Positions 37,187 to 46,454 of a stretch of 64,000 nt of DNA are shown here, piece by piece (the first letter of the stretch is position 1; each line of letters opens with the position of its first letter). The notes beneath the pieces are model-generated. The model searched no databases. It was given only the letters and a program-made list of their open reading frames with translations, and was not told the origin of the DNA. The DNA comes from a bacterium (GTDB lineage Bacteria > UBA8248 > JACPRG01 > G963555815), in the NCBI GenBank assembly GCA_963555815.3, contig CAUVWX020000002.1, positions 448,001-512,000 of the forward strand, given 5' to 3'. A program made the position numbers and the translations under genes.

Positions 37187-38275
37187 TTAGGCCGAGGACT
37201 CCTTCAACGCCTCGAACAGGGCCTCCTCAGGGATATGGCCGTAGAGGCCCACCTCACCGATCGCCCGAAGGAGGACAAAACGCACCTCCCCGCCCCGGGC
37301 CTTCTTGTCCACCCCGAAGGTTTTTAGCAGGCGAGTTCGGCTCAGGCGCGGCGGGGTCGTCGGGAGGCCTGCCCTGCGCAGGAGCCTGACCAGGCGGGCC
37401 GACACCGCCGAGGGGCAGATCCCCAGAATGCTGGAGAGGCGGGCCGCATAGGCCATGCCGATGGCGATGGCCTCGCCGTGGGAGTAGCGACGATAACGTG
37501 TGAGGGCCTCCAGGGCGTGCCCAAAGGTGTGGCCGAAATTGAGGATGGAGCGGAGCCCCAAGTCCCTCTCGTCGGCCGAAACGACAGCCGCTTTGATCCG
37601 ACAAGAGGTGGAGATGGCCCGGCCAAGGGCCGGCGATCGAAGAGAGAGGAGGTCGTCCAGGTGGTCCTCGAGGAAGGAAAAGAAGGCCCCGTCCGCAATG
37701 ACGCCATACTTGATGAGCTCTGACATCCCCGCCAAGATTTCGCGCCGGGGGAGTGTTCGAAGCAGGTCCGGATCGATGGCGACAAGATTAGGTTGACAAA
37801 AAACCCCCACCAGGTTTTTCCCCGCCGGCAGGTTGACCCCCGTCTTTCCACCAACGCTGCTGTCGATCTGAGCTGTCAAAGAGGTTGGGACCTGAACTGT
37901 GGCCACCCCCCTCAGATAGGTCGCGGCCACAAAGCCCGCCAGATCTCCCACCACCCCCCCGCCCAGGGCAATGACCGTCCCATGCCGGTCCACACCTGCC
38001 TCCAGGAGGGAACGGTAGGCTCGCCCACACCAGGCCAGGTTCTTGTGGATCTCACCGTCCGGGACGTTGAAGCGGGAGTAGGAGATTCCAGCACGAGCAA
38101 GGCCCTGCTGAAGCCTTCGGGCGTAGCGCCGGCCCACCACGGGGTTCGTGAAAATGACGGCCCGGCCTCGAAGCCCCCGGGAGGCCATCAGGCGGCCCAC
38201 ACGGTCCAGAACCCCCTCGCCCACCACGAGGTCGTAACTTCGCTTGCCCAGTTGGACAGAGATGGTCTTCACCAA
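37187..38275 (-). CDS. aroB: 3-dehydroquinate synthase
   Basis: GGGVVGDLAGF, DSSVGGKTG, KNLVG.F.QP, LNFGHT.GHALE, HGEA. Confidence 0.96.
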   Translation of the reverse strand: MVKTISVQLGKRSYDLVVGEGVLDRVGRLMASRGLRGRAVIFTNPVVGRRYARRLQQGLARAGISYSRFNVPDGEIHKNLAWCGRAYRSLLEAGVDRHGTVIALGGGVVGDLAGFVAATYLRGVATVQVPTSLTAQIDSSVGGKTGVNLPAGKNLVGVFCQPNLVAIDPDLLRTLPRREILAGMSELIKYGVIADGAFFSFLEDHLDDLLSLRSPALGRAISTSCRIKAAVVSADERDLGLRSILNFGHTFGHALEALTRYRRYSHGEAIAIGMAYAARLSSILGICPSAVSARLVRLLRRAGLPTTPPRLSRTRLLKTFGVDKKARGGEVRFVLLRAIGEVGLYGHIPEEALFEALKESSA

Positions 38276-38331
38276 AAACCCTTCAACCGCCTTCTCGATG
38301 AATCCCTTCGATTAGACAGCCGGCGGAAGCC

Positions 38332-39228
38332 TCAAATTTGAAATGGCACAGGCGTGAAACTCAAGGCGAAGATGGCAAGGCAGACCCAGCCAAGGTACTT
38401 CCTTCCTCTATCCAGAGGAGTCAACTCGTCAATCAAGGGAGGGTGGTGAAACCCAAAGAACACAGTGAGGGCCGCCCATATGAACCACCCCTGCCAGAGG
38501 AACCCCAGCGGGATCAGGATGACCAACGTTCCCACAGTAACGATTCGATGTCTCTTTGAGAAAATGGCGTAGATGAGGTGGCCGCCGTCGAGCTGCCCCA
38601 CAGGAAGGAGGTTCAGGGCGGTGACGAAGAGGCCGATCCAGCCGGCAAAGGCCAAAGGGTGAAGGATGATGGTGTAATCGCTGGGCGAGGCCCCAAGGAC
38701 CCACTTAGTCAAAAAAGAGAAAAGGAGAGAAGACCCGAGGGTGAGGCCGGGCTGGTGAGTGGAGGGCTGGACATCAGAGAGACTCAGGCCGATGAGGATG
38801 ATGGGAATTGCCACAACGAAGCCCGCCAGAGGGCCTGCCGCCCCGATGTCAAAGAGGACACGGCGGTTGAGGATAGGCGATTTCAACTTGATGAAAGCCC
38901 CCAGAGTCCCAAGACCCATTGGGAGAGGAATGAAATAGGGCAAAGAGGCGGGGACCCCCCAACGGCGCGAGAGGACATAATGGCCGGCCTCATGACAGCC
39001 CAGGATGAGAAGGAGTGCCCCGGCAAATGGAAATCCCCTGTAGAAAAGGTGGGGATCCTGTCTGAGATCCACCCCCGCCCAGCCGGCCCCGGCGATGACG
39101 GTAGTGAAGAGCGTGGCGACGAAGAGAAGGACATTGGTCCAAGGAAACGCCATGCGAGGTCTGGGAGGACTCCCCAAGAGGGTTTCCCCATTCCACTGGG
39201 ATCCTCCAGCTTCAACAGGATTCGCCAC
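38332..39228 (-). CDS. Site-2 protease (M50) family membrane metalloprotease
   Basis: HEAGH, GAAGPLAG, NLLP.GQLDGGH. Confidence 0.92.
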   Translation of the reverse strand: MANPVEAGGSQWNGETLLGSPPRPRMAFPWTNVLLFVATLFTTVIAGAGWAGVDLRQDPHLFYRGFPFAGALLLILGCHEAGHYVLSRRWGVPASLPYFIPLPMGLGTLGAFIKLKSPILNRRVLFDIGAAGPLAGFVVAIPIILIGLSLSDVQPSTHQPGLTLGSSLLFSFLTKWVLGASPSDYTIILHPLAFAGWIGLFVTALNLLPVGQLDGGHLIYAIFSKRHRIVTVGTLVILIPLGFLWQGWFIWAALTVFFGFHHPPLIDELTPLDRGRKYLGWVCLAIFALSFTPVPFQI

Positions 39229-39470
39229 AAAAAGACCCCTCTAAGTGGGCTGACCATCAGACGTTTTCCCCGCTAAGCATACAATATCCTGAGATAATCG
39301 TGACAAGTATAAATGGAGGCCCTTCGCAAAACCGCCTGCCCTCTTTGAGGGAAAACGGCCCTTTGGCCACCGCCTAATCCCCACTTTAGGGCTCCAAAAT
39401 AAGGGGGTCCCTCGAACCTCTGCATCTCAGTGGAAATCACCTGTGACTTCCACAAGGGCTAAATTTTTCA

Positions 39471-39499
39471 TTGACATGAGGGGATTAGCTTGATAGCTT
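39471..39499 (+). promoter_or_regulatory. Putative sigma70 promoter for the csp gene
   Basis: TTGACA-17 nt-TAGCTT with extended -10 TGn. Confidence 0.7.
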
Positions 39500-39616
39500 T
39501 GCCTCCAATTATGTTTTGCCTTGTTGAGCGTGGTTTTGAGTGATCTGCGTATGTTTTCCAGTGGGCCCATCGGGTCCCGCTGCACCACAGGCGGGATCAA
39601 GAGGGGTCCGTGTCTT

Positions 39617-39651
39617 AGCCGCGAGCCCCAACGGGGTATCGCGGTTTTTTT
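39617..39651 (+). terminator. Intrinsic-terminator-like hairpin within the csp leader
   Basis: GCCGCGA-GCCCC-AAC-GGGGT-A-TCGCGGT followed by a T run (7 T in total). Confidence 0.55.
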
Positions 39652-39755
39652 GGCCCTCTGAAGAAAGGGATTTCTGCCGATTGCGAGCTTGCTAGCCAGT
39701 TGGGGTTTTCACCCCGGGGCCCAGGCTCAGAGGGGCAAAGGGAGGAGCAGTCAGG

Positions 39756-39959
39756 ATGGCGGAAGGTAAGGTAAAGTGGTTCAATGACGCCAAGGGGTAT
39801 GGATTCATCGAGCAGGAGGGAGGCGAAGACGTCTTCGTCCACTATTCGGCCATTCAAGGGGAGGGGTTCCGGTCCCTCGCGGAAGGCCAGGAGGTCCAGT
39901 TCGATGTCACCTCGGGACCGAAGGGCCCCCAGGCGGCAAACGTCACCCGAAAGGTGTAG
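39756..39959 (+). CDS. csp: Cold-shock protein (CspA family)
   Basis: GKVKWFN..KGYGFI (RNP1), DVFVHYSAI (RNP2), GP.GPQA.NV; GGAGGAG RBS. Confidence 0.97.
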   Translation: MAEGKVKWFNDAKGYGFIEQEGGEDVFVHYSAIQGEGFRSLAEGQEVQFDVTSGPKGPQAANVTRKV

Positions 39960-40057
39960 GACAAATCCATAAGGCGCCCCGGACGCCCAGAGTCTGTTCG
40001 CTTAGGGGTTCTCTGAAATCTTGGGGGACGTGGAGACCCCGCGCAAACTCTCGCGGG

Positions 40058-41152
40058 TTAGCTTGAAAGCTCCCAACCAGCGTCGGCGTCTAGACGAAGG
40101 GCCTGGGTTTCCGTCTGCCGACCCGCCTTGAGGAGAAAGTAGCCAGCCGAGGCGATCATGGCGGCGTTATCCGTGCAAAACGGGACGGCAGGGACATAGA
40201 GACCCACGCCCTCTTCGACCGAACGTCTTCGAAGCCTTGTCCGAAGGCCTTGATTGGCAGCCACTCCCCCCACCACAGCAAGGGCCCGACACCCCTCCTG
40301 GCGGACCGCTCGCAGGGCCTTCTCCGTTAAGACCTCGACAACCGCTGCCTGAAAGGCGTGGGCGATTTGTCGACGGAGATCCTCCCCAATGCCCCGGGCA
40401 CGCTCAAGGGGAGGAAGCGCAGGGTCGTTGGTATAGAGGCCAAGGTCCATCAAGTGGTAGAGAACGGCGGTCTTTAGCCCGCTGAAGCTGAAGTCAAGCC
40501 CTCCGTCGTCGAGGATAGGCCGAGGGAACTGAATAGAGGGTTCACCCTCCACTTCGGCGGCCAAAGCATCCAGGATAGGCCCCCCAGGATAGCCGAGCCC
40601 CAAGAGCCTTGCCACCTTGTCATAGGCCTCACCGGCGGCGTCGTCCCGTGTGGCGCCGAGGCAGCGGAAGGAGAACGGGTCCTCCACCCGGTAGAGGTGC
40701 GTGTGGCCTCCCGAGACCACCAGGGCCACAAACGGCAAGGGAGGGCTCTCAGGGCCTCCGATCCCCTCTGGCTCCTGCATGGCAGCTTCGAGATAAAGGG
40801 CTGACACGTGACCTGCCAGGTGGTGGACGCCCACGAGGGGGATCCCTCGGGCGAGCGCAACTCCCTTGGCCGCCTGGAGCCCCACGAGGAGGGCAACCAC
40901 CAGTCCGGGGCCGCGCGTCACAGCAACCGCATCGACCTCCTCCCATCCCACATCGGCCACGGCCAGGGCCTCCTCCAGGACGGGATGGATTCGCTCGATA
41001 TGGTGGCGAGCTGCCAGCTCTGGGACCACACCGCCGTACTTTTGGTGAAGGGCAAGTTGGGAAGCGACGATGTTCGAGAGGACACACCGGCCATCCTCCA
41101 CCACGGCCGCCGCCGTCTCATCGCAGGAGGTTTCAATCCCTAGGACCCGCAT
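40058..41152 (-). CDS. tsaD: tRNA N6-adenosine threonylcarbamoyltransferase
   Basis: LGIETSCDET, YGGVVPELA.R.H, HHLAGH, SGGHT, DDAAGEAYDK, CTDNAAMI. Confidence 0.96.
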   Translation of the reverse strand: MRVLGIETSCDETAAAVVEDGRCVLSNIVASQLALHQKYGGVVPELAARHHIERIHPVLEEALAVADVGWEEVDAVAVTRGPGLVVALLVGLQAAKGVALARGIPLVGVHHLAGHVSALYLEAAMQEPEGIGGPESPPLPFVALVVSGGHTHLYRVEDPFSFRCLGATRDDAAGEAYDKVARLLGLGYPGGPILDALAAEVEGEPSIQFPRPILDDGGLDFSFSGLKTAVLYHLMDLGLYTNDPALPPLERARGIGEDLRRQIAHAFQAAVVEVLTEKALRAVRQEGCRALAVVGGVAANQGLRTRLRRRSVEEGVGLYVPAVPFCTDNAAMIASAGYFLLKAGRQTETQALRLDADAGWELSS

Positions 41153-41937
41153 CTCCCCCCCCCCAGGAGCTCTGACACGGGGACCACGTGCACCCCCCTT
41201 TCCAAGAGACGAGGGAGACCCACACGAAGGGCCTCCAGGGTTTTCTGGTGGGGATGACCGATGGCGATGGCCTTTCCCCGGCGCAAGGCCATCTCCCCAA
41301 CCTCTTCCAGCCTCGCCGAAATGGCTGCACTCTCCAACTCGTTGTCCAAAAAGACCTGTCTCTTGAGCGTTGCCACACCAAAGTCCCTCGCCGTCTGAAA
41401 GGCGACCGAGTGGGGTGAAGTGAGGCTGTCCACATAGAAAAGGCCCCGGGATTTCAAGAGGCTCATGACGAGCCCCATGGCCCAGGGCGTCTCACTCAAC
41501 CTCGAGCCCATGTGATTGTTGACACCGACCGCGTGGGGGACCGAGGCGAGGGAACTCTTGAGGGTTCGAAGAAAGGGCTCTCTTTCCATAATGCTGAAGA
41601 GAGCGCCCGGCCCGGGCGGGTTCCTCTCGAGGTCATGGGGCTCCATGGGAAGATGGAGGAGAACCTGACGGGAAAGCCGGTGGGCTTCCTCCGAGATGCG
41701 AAGAGAATGGGGAAGGTGAGGGAGAACGCTGAGGGTGATGGGCGCCGGAAGATTCAGGACCTCTTGTGCGACCTTCCAGCTTCCCCCCAGGTCATCAATG
41801 AGAATTGCCACGCGGGGGGGAGCCTCCGCTGGGGACGTTCCCTCCCCTTCCAGCCCAAGTGCTGTCTGAAACAGTAAACTCCCTGTTGCCAAGAGCCCGA
41901 TCGCAAGGAGGCCCCGGGGCCCACGCGAAAAATTCAC
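41140..41937 (-). CDS. Divergent polysaccharide deacetylase (YibQ family)
   Basis: AILIDDLG, LLHLPMEP, GVNNHMGS, DSLT, VFLDN, AIAIGHP; follows ctpA. Confidence 0.9.
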   Translation of the reverse strand: MNFSRGPRGLLAIGLLATGSLLFQTALGLEGEGTSPAEAPPRVAILIDDLGGSWKVAQEVLNLPAPITLSVLPHLPHSLRISEEAHRLSRQVLLHLPMEPHDLERNPPGPGALFSIMEREPFLRTLKSSLASVPHAVGVNNHMGSRLSETPWAMGLVMSLLKSRGLFYVDSLTSPHSVAFQTARDFGVATLKRQVFLDNELESAAISARLEEVGEMALRRGKAIAIGHPHQKTLEALRVGLPRLLERGVHVVPVSELLGGGRCGS

Positions 41938-41961
41938 AAGACGCCTTGACCTCTCCGCTCT

Positions 41962-43266
41962 TCACTCGGCAGCCTTTAGCCCGACTCCACTGCCATTCCC
42001 AAGATCTGCCTGAAAGACCTCCCAGCTCTTCAGGATCTCAACGGCCCGAATCAGCTGCAGATCGTCGCTGCGCAGCCTAGCGGTCGTTCCCCCGCCATCA
42101 GGCCCGTCCTCTCCCTCAAGGGGCTCCTCCACCTCGGTTTCAAGGGGGTGCGACGGGGCGACGGGTGGGGCGTTTACGACCACGATGTCAGGCTCGATCC
42201 CCTCCCCCTGGATAAGGCGTCCATGGGGTGTGAAATAGCGAGCAGTCGTGAGCCGAAGACCCGAGCCATCGCTCAAAGGAACAATCGTCTGGACCGACGC
42301 CTTCCCGAAGGTCCTGGTCCCCAAGATGACGGCCCGTCCAAGGTCTTGCAAGGCTCCCGAGACCACTTCGGAGGCGCTGGCGCTTCCGGAATTCACCAGG
42401 ACGATCATGGGAAAATCCATATAAGTGCCCCGTCGGTGGGTGTGAAATCTCACGTTCTGGTCTTCCAGCCGGCCCTCGGTGTAGACGATGAGGGAGCCCT
42501 CATCCAGGAAAAGGTCGGCCACCCCCACTGCCTGCCTCAGAAGCCCCCCTGGGTTGTTTCGAAGGTCGAGGATGAAACCCTGGAAGCCTTCTCCTTCCAA
42601 TTCATCCAGGGCGCTCTGCAACTCGTCTCGCGTGTTCTGGCTAAAGCTCCGGATCCGGGTGTAGGCGATGCCGTCGTCCAGCATCCGGTGGTCCACACTC
42701 CTCACCTGGATGACATCCCTGACCAGGGTGAAATCTCTGGGTTCGTCCCACCCTTCGCGCATAATCGTGACGGTCACCCTGCTGCCCCGCGGGCCTCTCA
42801 ACATCATCACGACCTCAGACAGGGTCAGATCCCCGGTCGGCTCACCGTCGGCCCTCAGGATTTGATCGCCTGTGAGGATGCCCGCCCGATCCGCCGGTGT
42901 ACCCGCGATGGGGGCCACCACGGTCAGGACACCGTTGCGAATCGTGATCTCAATCCCCAGGCCTCCGAACTCCCCCCGGGTCTCCACCTGGAGTTCCTGG
43001 TAGACCTCGGGGGGCATGAAGGAGCTATGGGGGTCGAGGGTGTCGATGAGGCCCCGGATGGCCCCGTAGACGAGCTCCCTTTCCTCAACGGGCTCCACAT
43101 AATTCTCCCGAATAAGAGAGAGCACCTCGGCAAAGGTCTTCAGGTGGTCATAGACTGCCGCGCGGGCCATCATTGCTCGGCCGAGGATTACTCCCCCCAG
43201 CCCCATCACCACGAGGGCTACCAGGGAAACGGCGAGCCATCTTCGCCATCGGGGGATAGAATGCAT
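41962..43266 (-). CDS. ctpA: Carboxyl-terminal processing protease (S41A)
   Basis: LDPHS, GEFGGLGI (PDZ), DLRNNPGG, SASASE, TFGK.SVQ, TARYFTP. Confidence 0.93.
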   Translation of the reverse strand: MHSIPRWRRWLAVSLVALVVMGLGGVILGRAMMARAAVYDHLKTFAEVLSLIRENYVEPVEERELVYGAIRGLIDTLDPHSSFMPPEVYQELQVETRGEFGGLGIEITIRNGVLTVVAPIAGTPADRAGILTGDQILRADGEPTGDLTLSEVVMMLRGPRGSRVTVTIMREGWDEPRDFTLVRDVIQVRSVDHRMLDDGIAYTRIRSFSQNTRDELQSALDELEGEGFQGFILDLRNNPGGLLRQAVGVADLFLDEGSLIVYTEGRLEDQNVRFHTHRRGTYMDFPMIVLVNSGSASASEVVSGALQDLGRAVILGTRTFGKASVQTIVPLSDGSGLRLTTARYFTPHGRLIQGEGIEPDIVVVNAPPVAPSHPLETEVEEPLEGEDGPDGGGTTARLRSDDLQLIRAVEILKSWEVFQADLGNGSGVGLKAAE

Positions 43267-43436
43267 TAGTGGATCCTCCTTCCGCTCAGAGACCTACAGC
43301 CACCCCAAAGGGTTTTCCGCCTGGATGCAATCACACACCTAAAATACAAGGTTAAACCCTAGAAAAACCAAACCCTTTTCCTTAAAAAATACCAAAGGGA
43401 GGTTCCTTCCGCAACTCTTTTCCAAAGACCGTCCTG

Positions 43437-43478
43437 TTTGCAAACCCTTTGCAAACCCGAGGAACCCGGTGTTAGACT
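43437..43478 (+). promoter_or_regulatory. Putative promoter with an 11-bp tandem direct repeat over the -35
   Basis: TTTGCAAACCC x2 (43437-43458); TTGCAA-18 nt-TAGACT with TGn. Confidence 0.5.
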
Positions 43479-43534
43479 TCCGGCGAGAAAGAGATGAATG
43501 GAAATCCTTCGAAGCGCGAGGGAGCCGGGCTGCC

Positions 43535-44173
43535 ATGGAGACCTTCGACACTCCCAAGATCACCATCAAAAAAGTGCCTGTTGGAAATTTTGGAAACAAT
43601 GTCTATGTCCTCGTGTGCAAGGCGACAGGCGATAGCGTCATTGTCGACACCTCGTTTGAAGCGAGGCAAATCCTCGAGGCGACCGAAGGGACCACCGTGC
43701 GCTATATCCTGCAGACTCACTGCCACAGCGATCACATCCAAGCCTTGGCGGAGGTAAAACGGCGAACTGGCGCCCCCGTCGGGATCCACCCGGATGACGC
43801 AGACCACTTCGGAATCGAGGCGGATTTCGACCTCCACGATGAGGACATCATCAACTTCGGAGAGTGTCAGGTGAAGGTCGTCTTCACGCCGGGGCACTCC
43901 CCCGGCGGAGTGGGCTTCCTCTTTCCGGGCCATTTCATCATCGGGGACACCGTCTTTCCGGGCGGGCCAGGAATGACTTCCAGCCCCCAGGAATTCGAGC
44001 AACTCTCCGACAGCATCCAGCAAAAGGTGTATTCCCTCCCGGACGAGACGGCGCTCTACCCTGGACACGGTGAGAACACAACGGTCGGGGAGTCAAAAAA
44101 GGAATACACGGTCTTCGCCAGCAAGGTGAGGGACAGGCCCGTTTGCGGAGACGTGCTTTGGCTGGAGACCTAG
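43535..44173 (+). CDS. MBL-fold metallo-hydrolase (glyoxalase II-like)
   Basis: THCHSDH, TPGHSPG, GDT.F.GG.G, YPGHG..TT.G.EK. Confidence 0.9.
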   Translation: METFDTPKITIKKVPVGNFGNNVYVLVCKATGDSVIVDTSFEARQILEATEGTTVRYILQTHCHSDHIQALAEVKRRTGAPVGIHPDDADHFGIEADFDLHDEDIINFGECQVKVVFTPGHSPGGVGFLFPGHFIIGDTVFPGGPGMTSSPQEFEQLSDSIQQKVYSLPDETALYPGHGENTTVGESKKEYTVFASKVRDRPVCGDVLWLET

Positions 44174-44176
44174 CCC

Positions 44177-44596
44177 GTGAGAGAAAAACCGACTAAAAGC
44201 CGGGAGGCCCGCGCCAAGCCAGAGGCGGAAAACCGCGGGGGGGCAACCAAATGGCCCTACCTGGGAGAGACCCCCGTCTATGCCCCCCTCTCTCCCTGGA
44301 CCCGATTCCAGGGAGGGGCCTTTTACATTATGTTGATCAATCTCTTCTCCGTCGTCTGGACCATCGTCTGCGGAGGGGGCATCTACTATGGGATGCGAAA
44401 CATCGCCATCATCAAGGGGGTGAGCCTGGGGGAAGCCCTCGTGCTCAGGTGGGATACGGGCCTCTGGCTCTGGGTCCAAGTGTGGTTCTACCCTGTCCTC
44501 ACAGTGCAACTCGCCAGTTTCCTCATCCGTCTCTATTACAAAAAAAGGGGGAGACCCCTTCCAAAGGCCTCCCTCATCCCAGGGTCCAGAGGGTGA
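44177..44596 (+). CDS. Hypothetical membrane protein
   Basis: Starts 3 nt after the MBL stop and fills the gap to recJ; two hydrophobic segments. Confidence 0.55.
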   Translation: MREKPTKSREARAKPEAENRGGATKWPYLGETPVYAPLSPWTRFQGGAFYIMLINLFSVVWTIVCGGGIYYGMRNIAIIKGVSLGEALVLRWDTGLWLWVQVWFYPVLTVQLASFLIRLYYKKRGRPLPKASLIPGSRG

Positions 44597-44628
44597 GTCC
44601 ATGGACTCCCTGGGGAAGTGTCTCTTAC

Positions 44629-46404
44629 CTACAAGATTCGAAGGTCCCTCAAGTTGAGCTGCAGTGTCGTCCGATTGTTCCAACGGTTGAGCTCCGGCGT
44701 GAAGACGAGGTCCACCCGCTGATCCCGGCGGCTCAAGGCTTCAAAACCCTGCCCCGATTCCTGGGTCGTCTGAGCTCCCCGGAAATTTTCCCCTGATCCC
44801 ATTCGAAAGCCGATCACCCCAGCCGCAGCCCGTCCCTGGCGAACCTCGAACTTGAGATGCTGCCCGTCTTTACCCACGTGCTTCACCGGACCCAGCACCT
44901 CGGCTCCATCAAGGAAGAGAAGGGGTTTTGGATTTCGGGATCCGAAGGGAGCCAGCCCCTCGATGGCCTCCATCGTCTGGGGCGTCAGGTCAGACAGGGT
45001 CACCCTCGCCTCCACCTCCAGGCGGGGGACATAATCCTCGGCGGTAAGGCTCTCGGCGGCAATCCTTCGCAAGCGCTCTGCAAACTCGCCAACCCGCTCT
45101 TTTCGGATAACCAGACCCGCCGCATAGTGGTGCCCGCCGAACTGCTCCAGCAGGTCAGAGCAGCGGGAGAGGGCTCGGTGGAGGTGAAGGGCCCGGATGC
45201 TTCGCCCCGAACCCTTCCCCACCTCTCCCTTGAGCCCGATGAGGATCGCAGGGCGGTGGTACTCTTCGACTATCTTGGAAGCCACGATGCCGAGCACCCC
45301 CGTGTGCCAACCTGCCTCGGCCAGGACAATGGGCCCCTCCCCAAGGAATAGATCTCGCTCCACCCTCTCGCGCACCTCTCGATGGAGGTCCTCCTGGACA
45401 CGCTGTCGCTCCTGATTGACGGCATCAAGACGCCCGGCCCCCTCGGCAGCTCGCTTGGCATCCTCCTCGACGAGCAGAGAAAGCCCCTCCCGCGCGTCTC
45501 CCAGGCGTCCCACCGCATTCAACCGAGGGCCCAATTGAAAGCCTACCTGACCCGCGGACACCTCTGCGAGGGGCGCGATCCCCGCGACCCGAAGGAGGGC
45601 CTGGAGCCCCGGCTTTCGAGTCCGGGCCAATTCGGAGAGTCCGTGACGAACGAGGACGCGGTTCTCCCCGCAGAGGGGAACCACATCGGCCACCGTCCCA
45701 AGGGCCACCAGATCCATGTGCTGCCTCAAGTTAGGAAGAGATTCGGCGGCAAAGCCCCGCTCTAGAAGCCTTCGCCGGACAGCGGTCGCCAGCTTGAAAG
45801 TCACCCCCACCCCCGCCAGGTTCTTGTCCGGATACCCGCACCCTGGGCGAAGGGGATCCAGGACGGCCATCGCTGAGGGAAGGGTTGGCGGAGGGTGATG
45901 GTGGTCCGCAATGATGATCTCCAGACCCGCCCGGGACGCCGCCGCCACCTCGGCGACGTTGCTGATCCCCGTGTCCACCGTGATGAGAAGCCCGGCGCCC
46001 TGGGCGGCAAGCCCTAGGAGGGCCGCCTCGTTCAGGCCGTAGCCTTCTCTGAAGCGGTCCGGGACGTAGGTCTCCACCTCTCGACCAAAGGCTCGGAAGA
46101 AATGGACGAGAAGGGCGGCCGAGGTCAAGCCATCCACATCGTAGTCGGCGTAGACAATGATCCGCTCCTCCCCCTCAATGGCCCTTGCGACTCTCTCGGC
46201 CGCTTCTTCCATCCCCGCCATCAGGAAGGGGTCGTGAAGGCGTTCCAGGTCAACCGCCAGGAACTCTTGAGCGGCCGCCTTTTCCCGAATGCCCCTTCTC
46301 CACAAAAGGGTCCCGAGAAGAGGATTTAGGCCAAGGGCGGCGGCGAAACGAAGAACCTCCGGGTCAGGCTCCCCGGGCACCTCCCACCGGAAGCGAAGGC
46401 CCAT
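44629..46404 (-). CDS. recJ: ssDNA exonuclease RecJ
   Basis: DYDVDG, TVDTG, DHH, LGTVADVVPL..ENR, PRLNA.GR, GSGRS, GGH..AAG. Confidence 0.96.
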   Translation of the reverse strand: MGLRFRWEVPGEPDPEVLRFAAALGLNPLLGTLLWRRGIREKAAAQEFLAVDLERLHDPFLMAGMEEAAERVARAIEGEERIIVYADYDVDGLTSAALLVHFFRAFGREVETYVPDRFREGYGLNEAALLGLAAQGAGLLITVDTGISNVAEVAAASRAGLEIIIADHHHPPPTLPSAMAVLDPLRPGCGYPDKNLAGVGVTFKLATAVRRRLLERGFAAESLPNLRQHMDLVALGTVADVVPLCGENRVLVRHGLSELARTRKPGLQALLRVAGIAPLAEVSAGQVGFQLGPRLNAVGRLGDAREGLSLLVEEDAKRAAEGAGRLDAVNQERQRVQEDLHREVRERVERDLFLGEGPIVLAEAGWHTGVLGIVASKIVEEYHRPAILIGLKGEVGKGSGRSIRALHLHRALSRCSDLLEQFGGHHYAAGLVIRKERVGEFAERLRRIAAESLTAEDYVPRLEVEARVTLSDLTPQTMEAIEGLAPFGSRNPKPLLFLDGAEVLGPVKHVGKDGQHLKFEVRQGRAAAGVIGFRMGSGENFRGAQTTQESGQGFEALSRRDQRVDLVFTPELNRWNNRTTLQLNLRDLRIL

Positions 46405-46454
46405 TTTTGTCGGACTCGTCGGACTCACGGTGAAGGGTTTCCTCGGCGAGGAGA

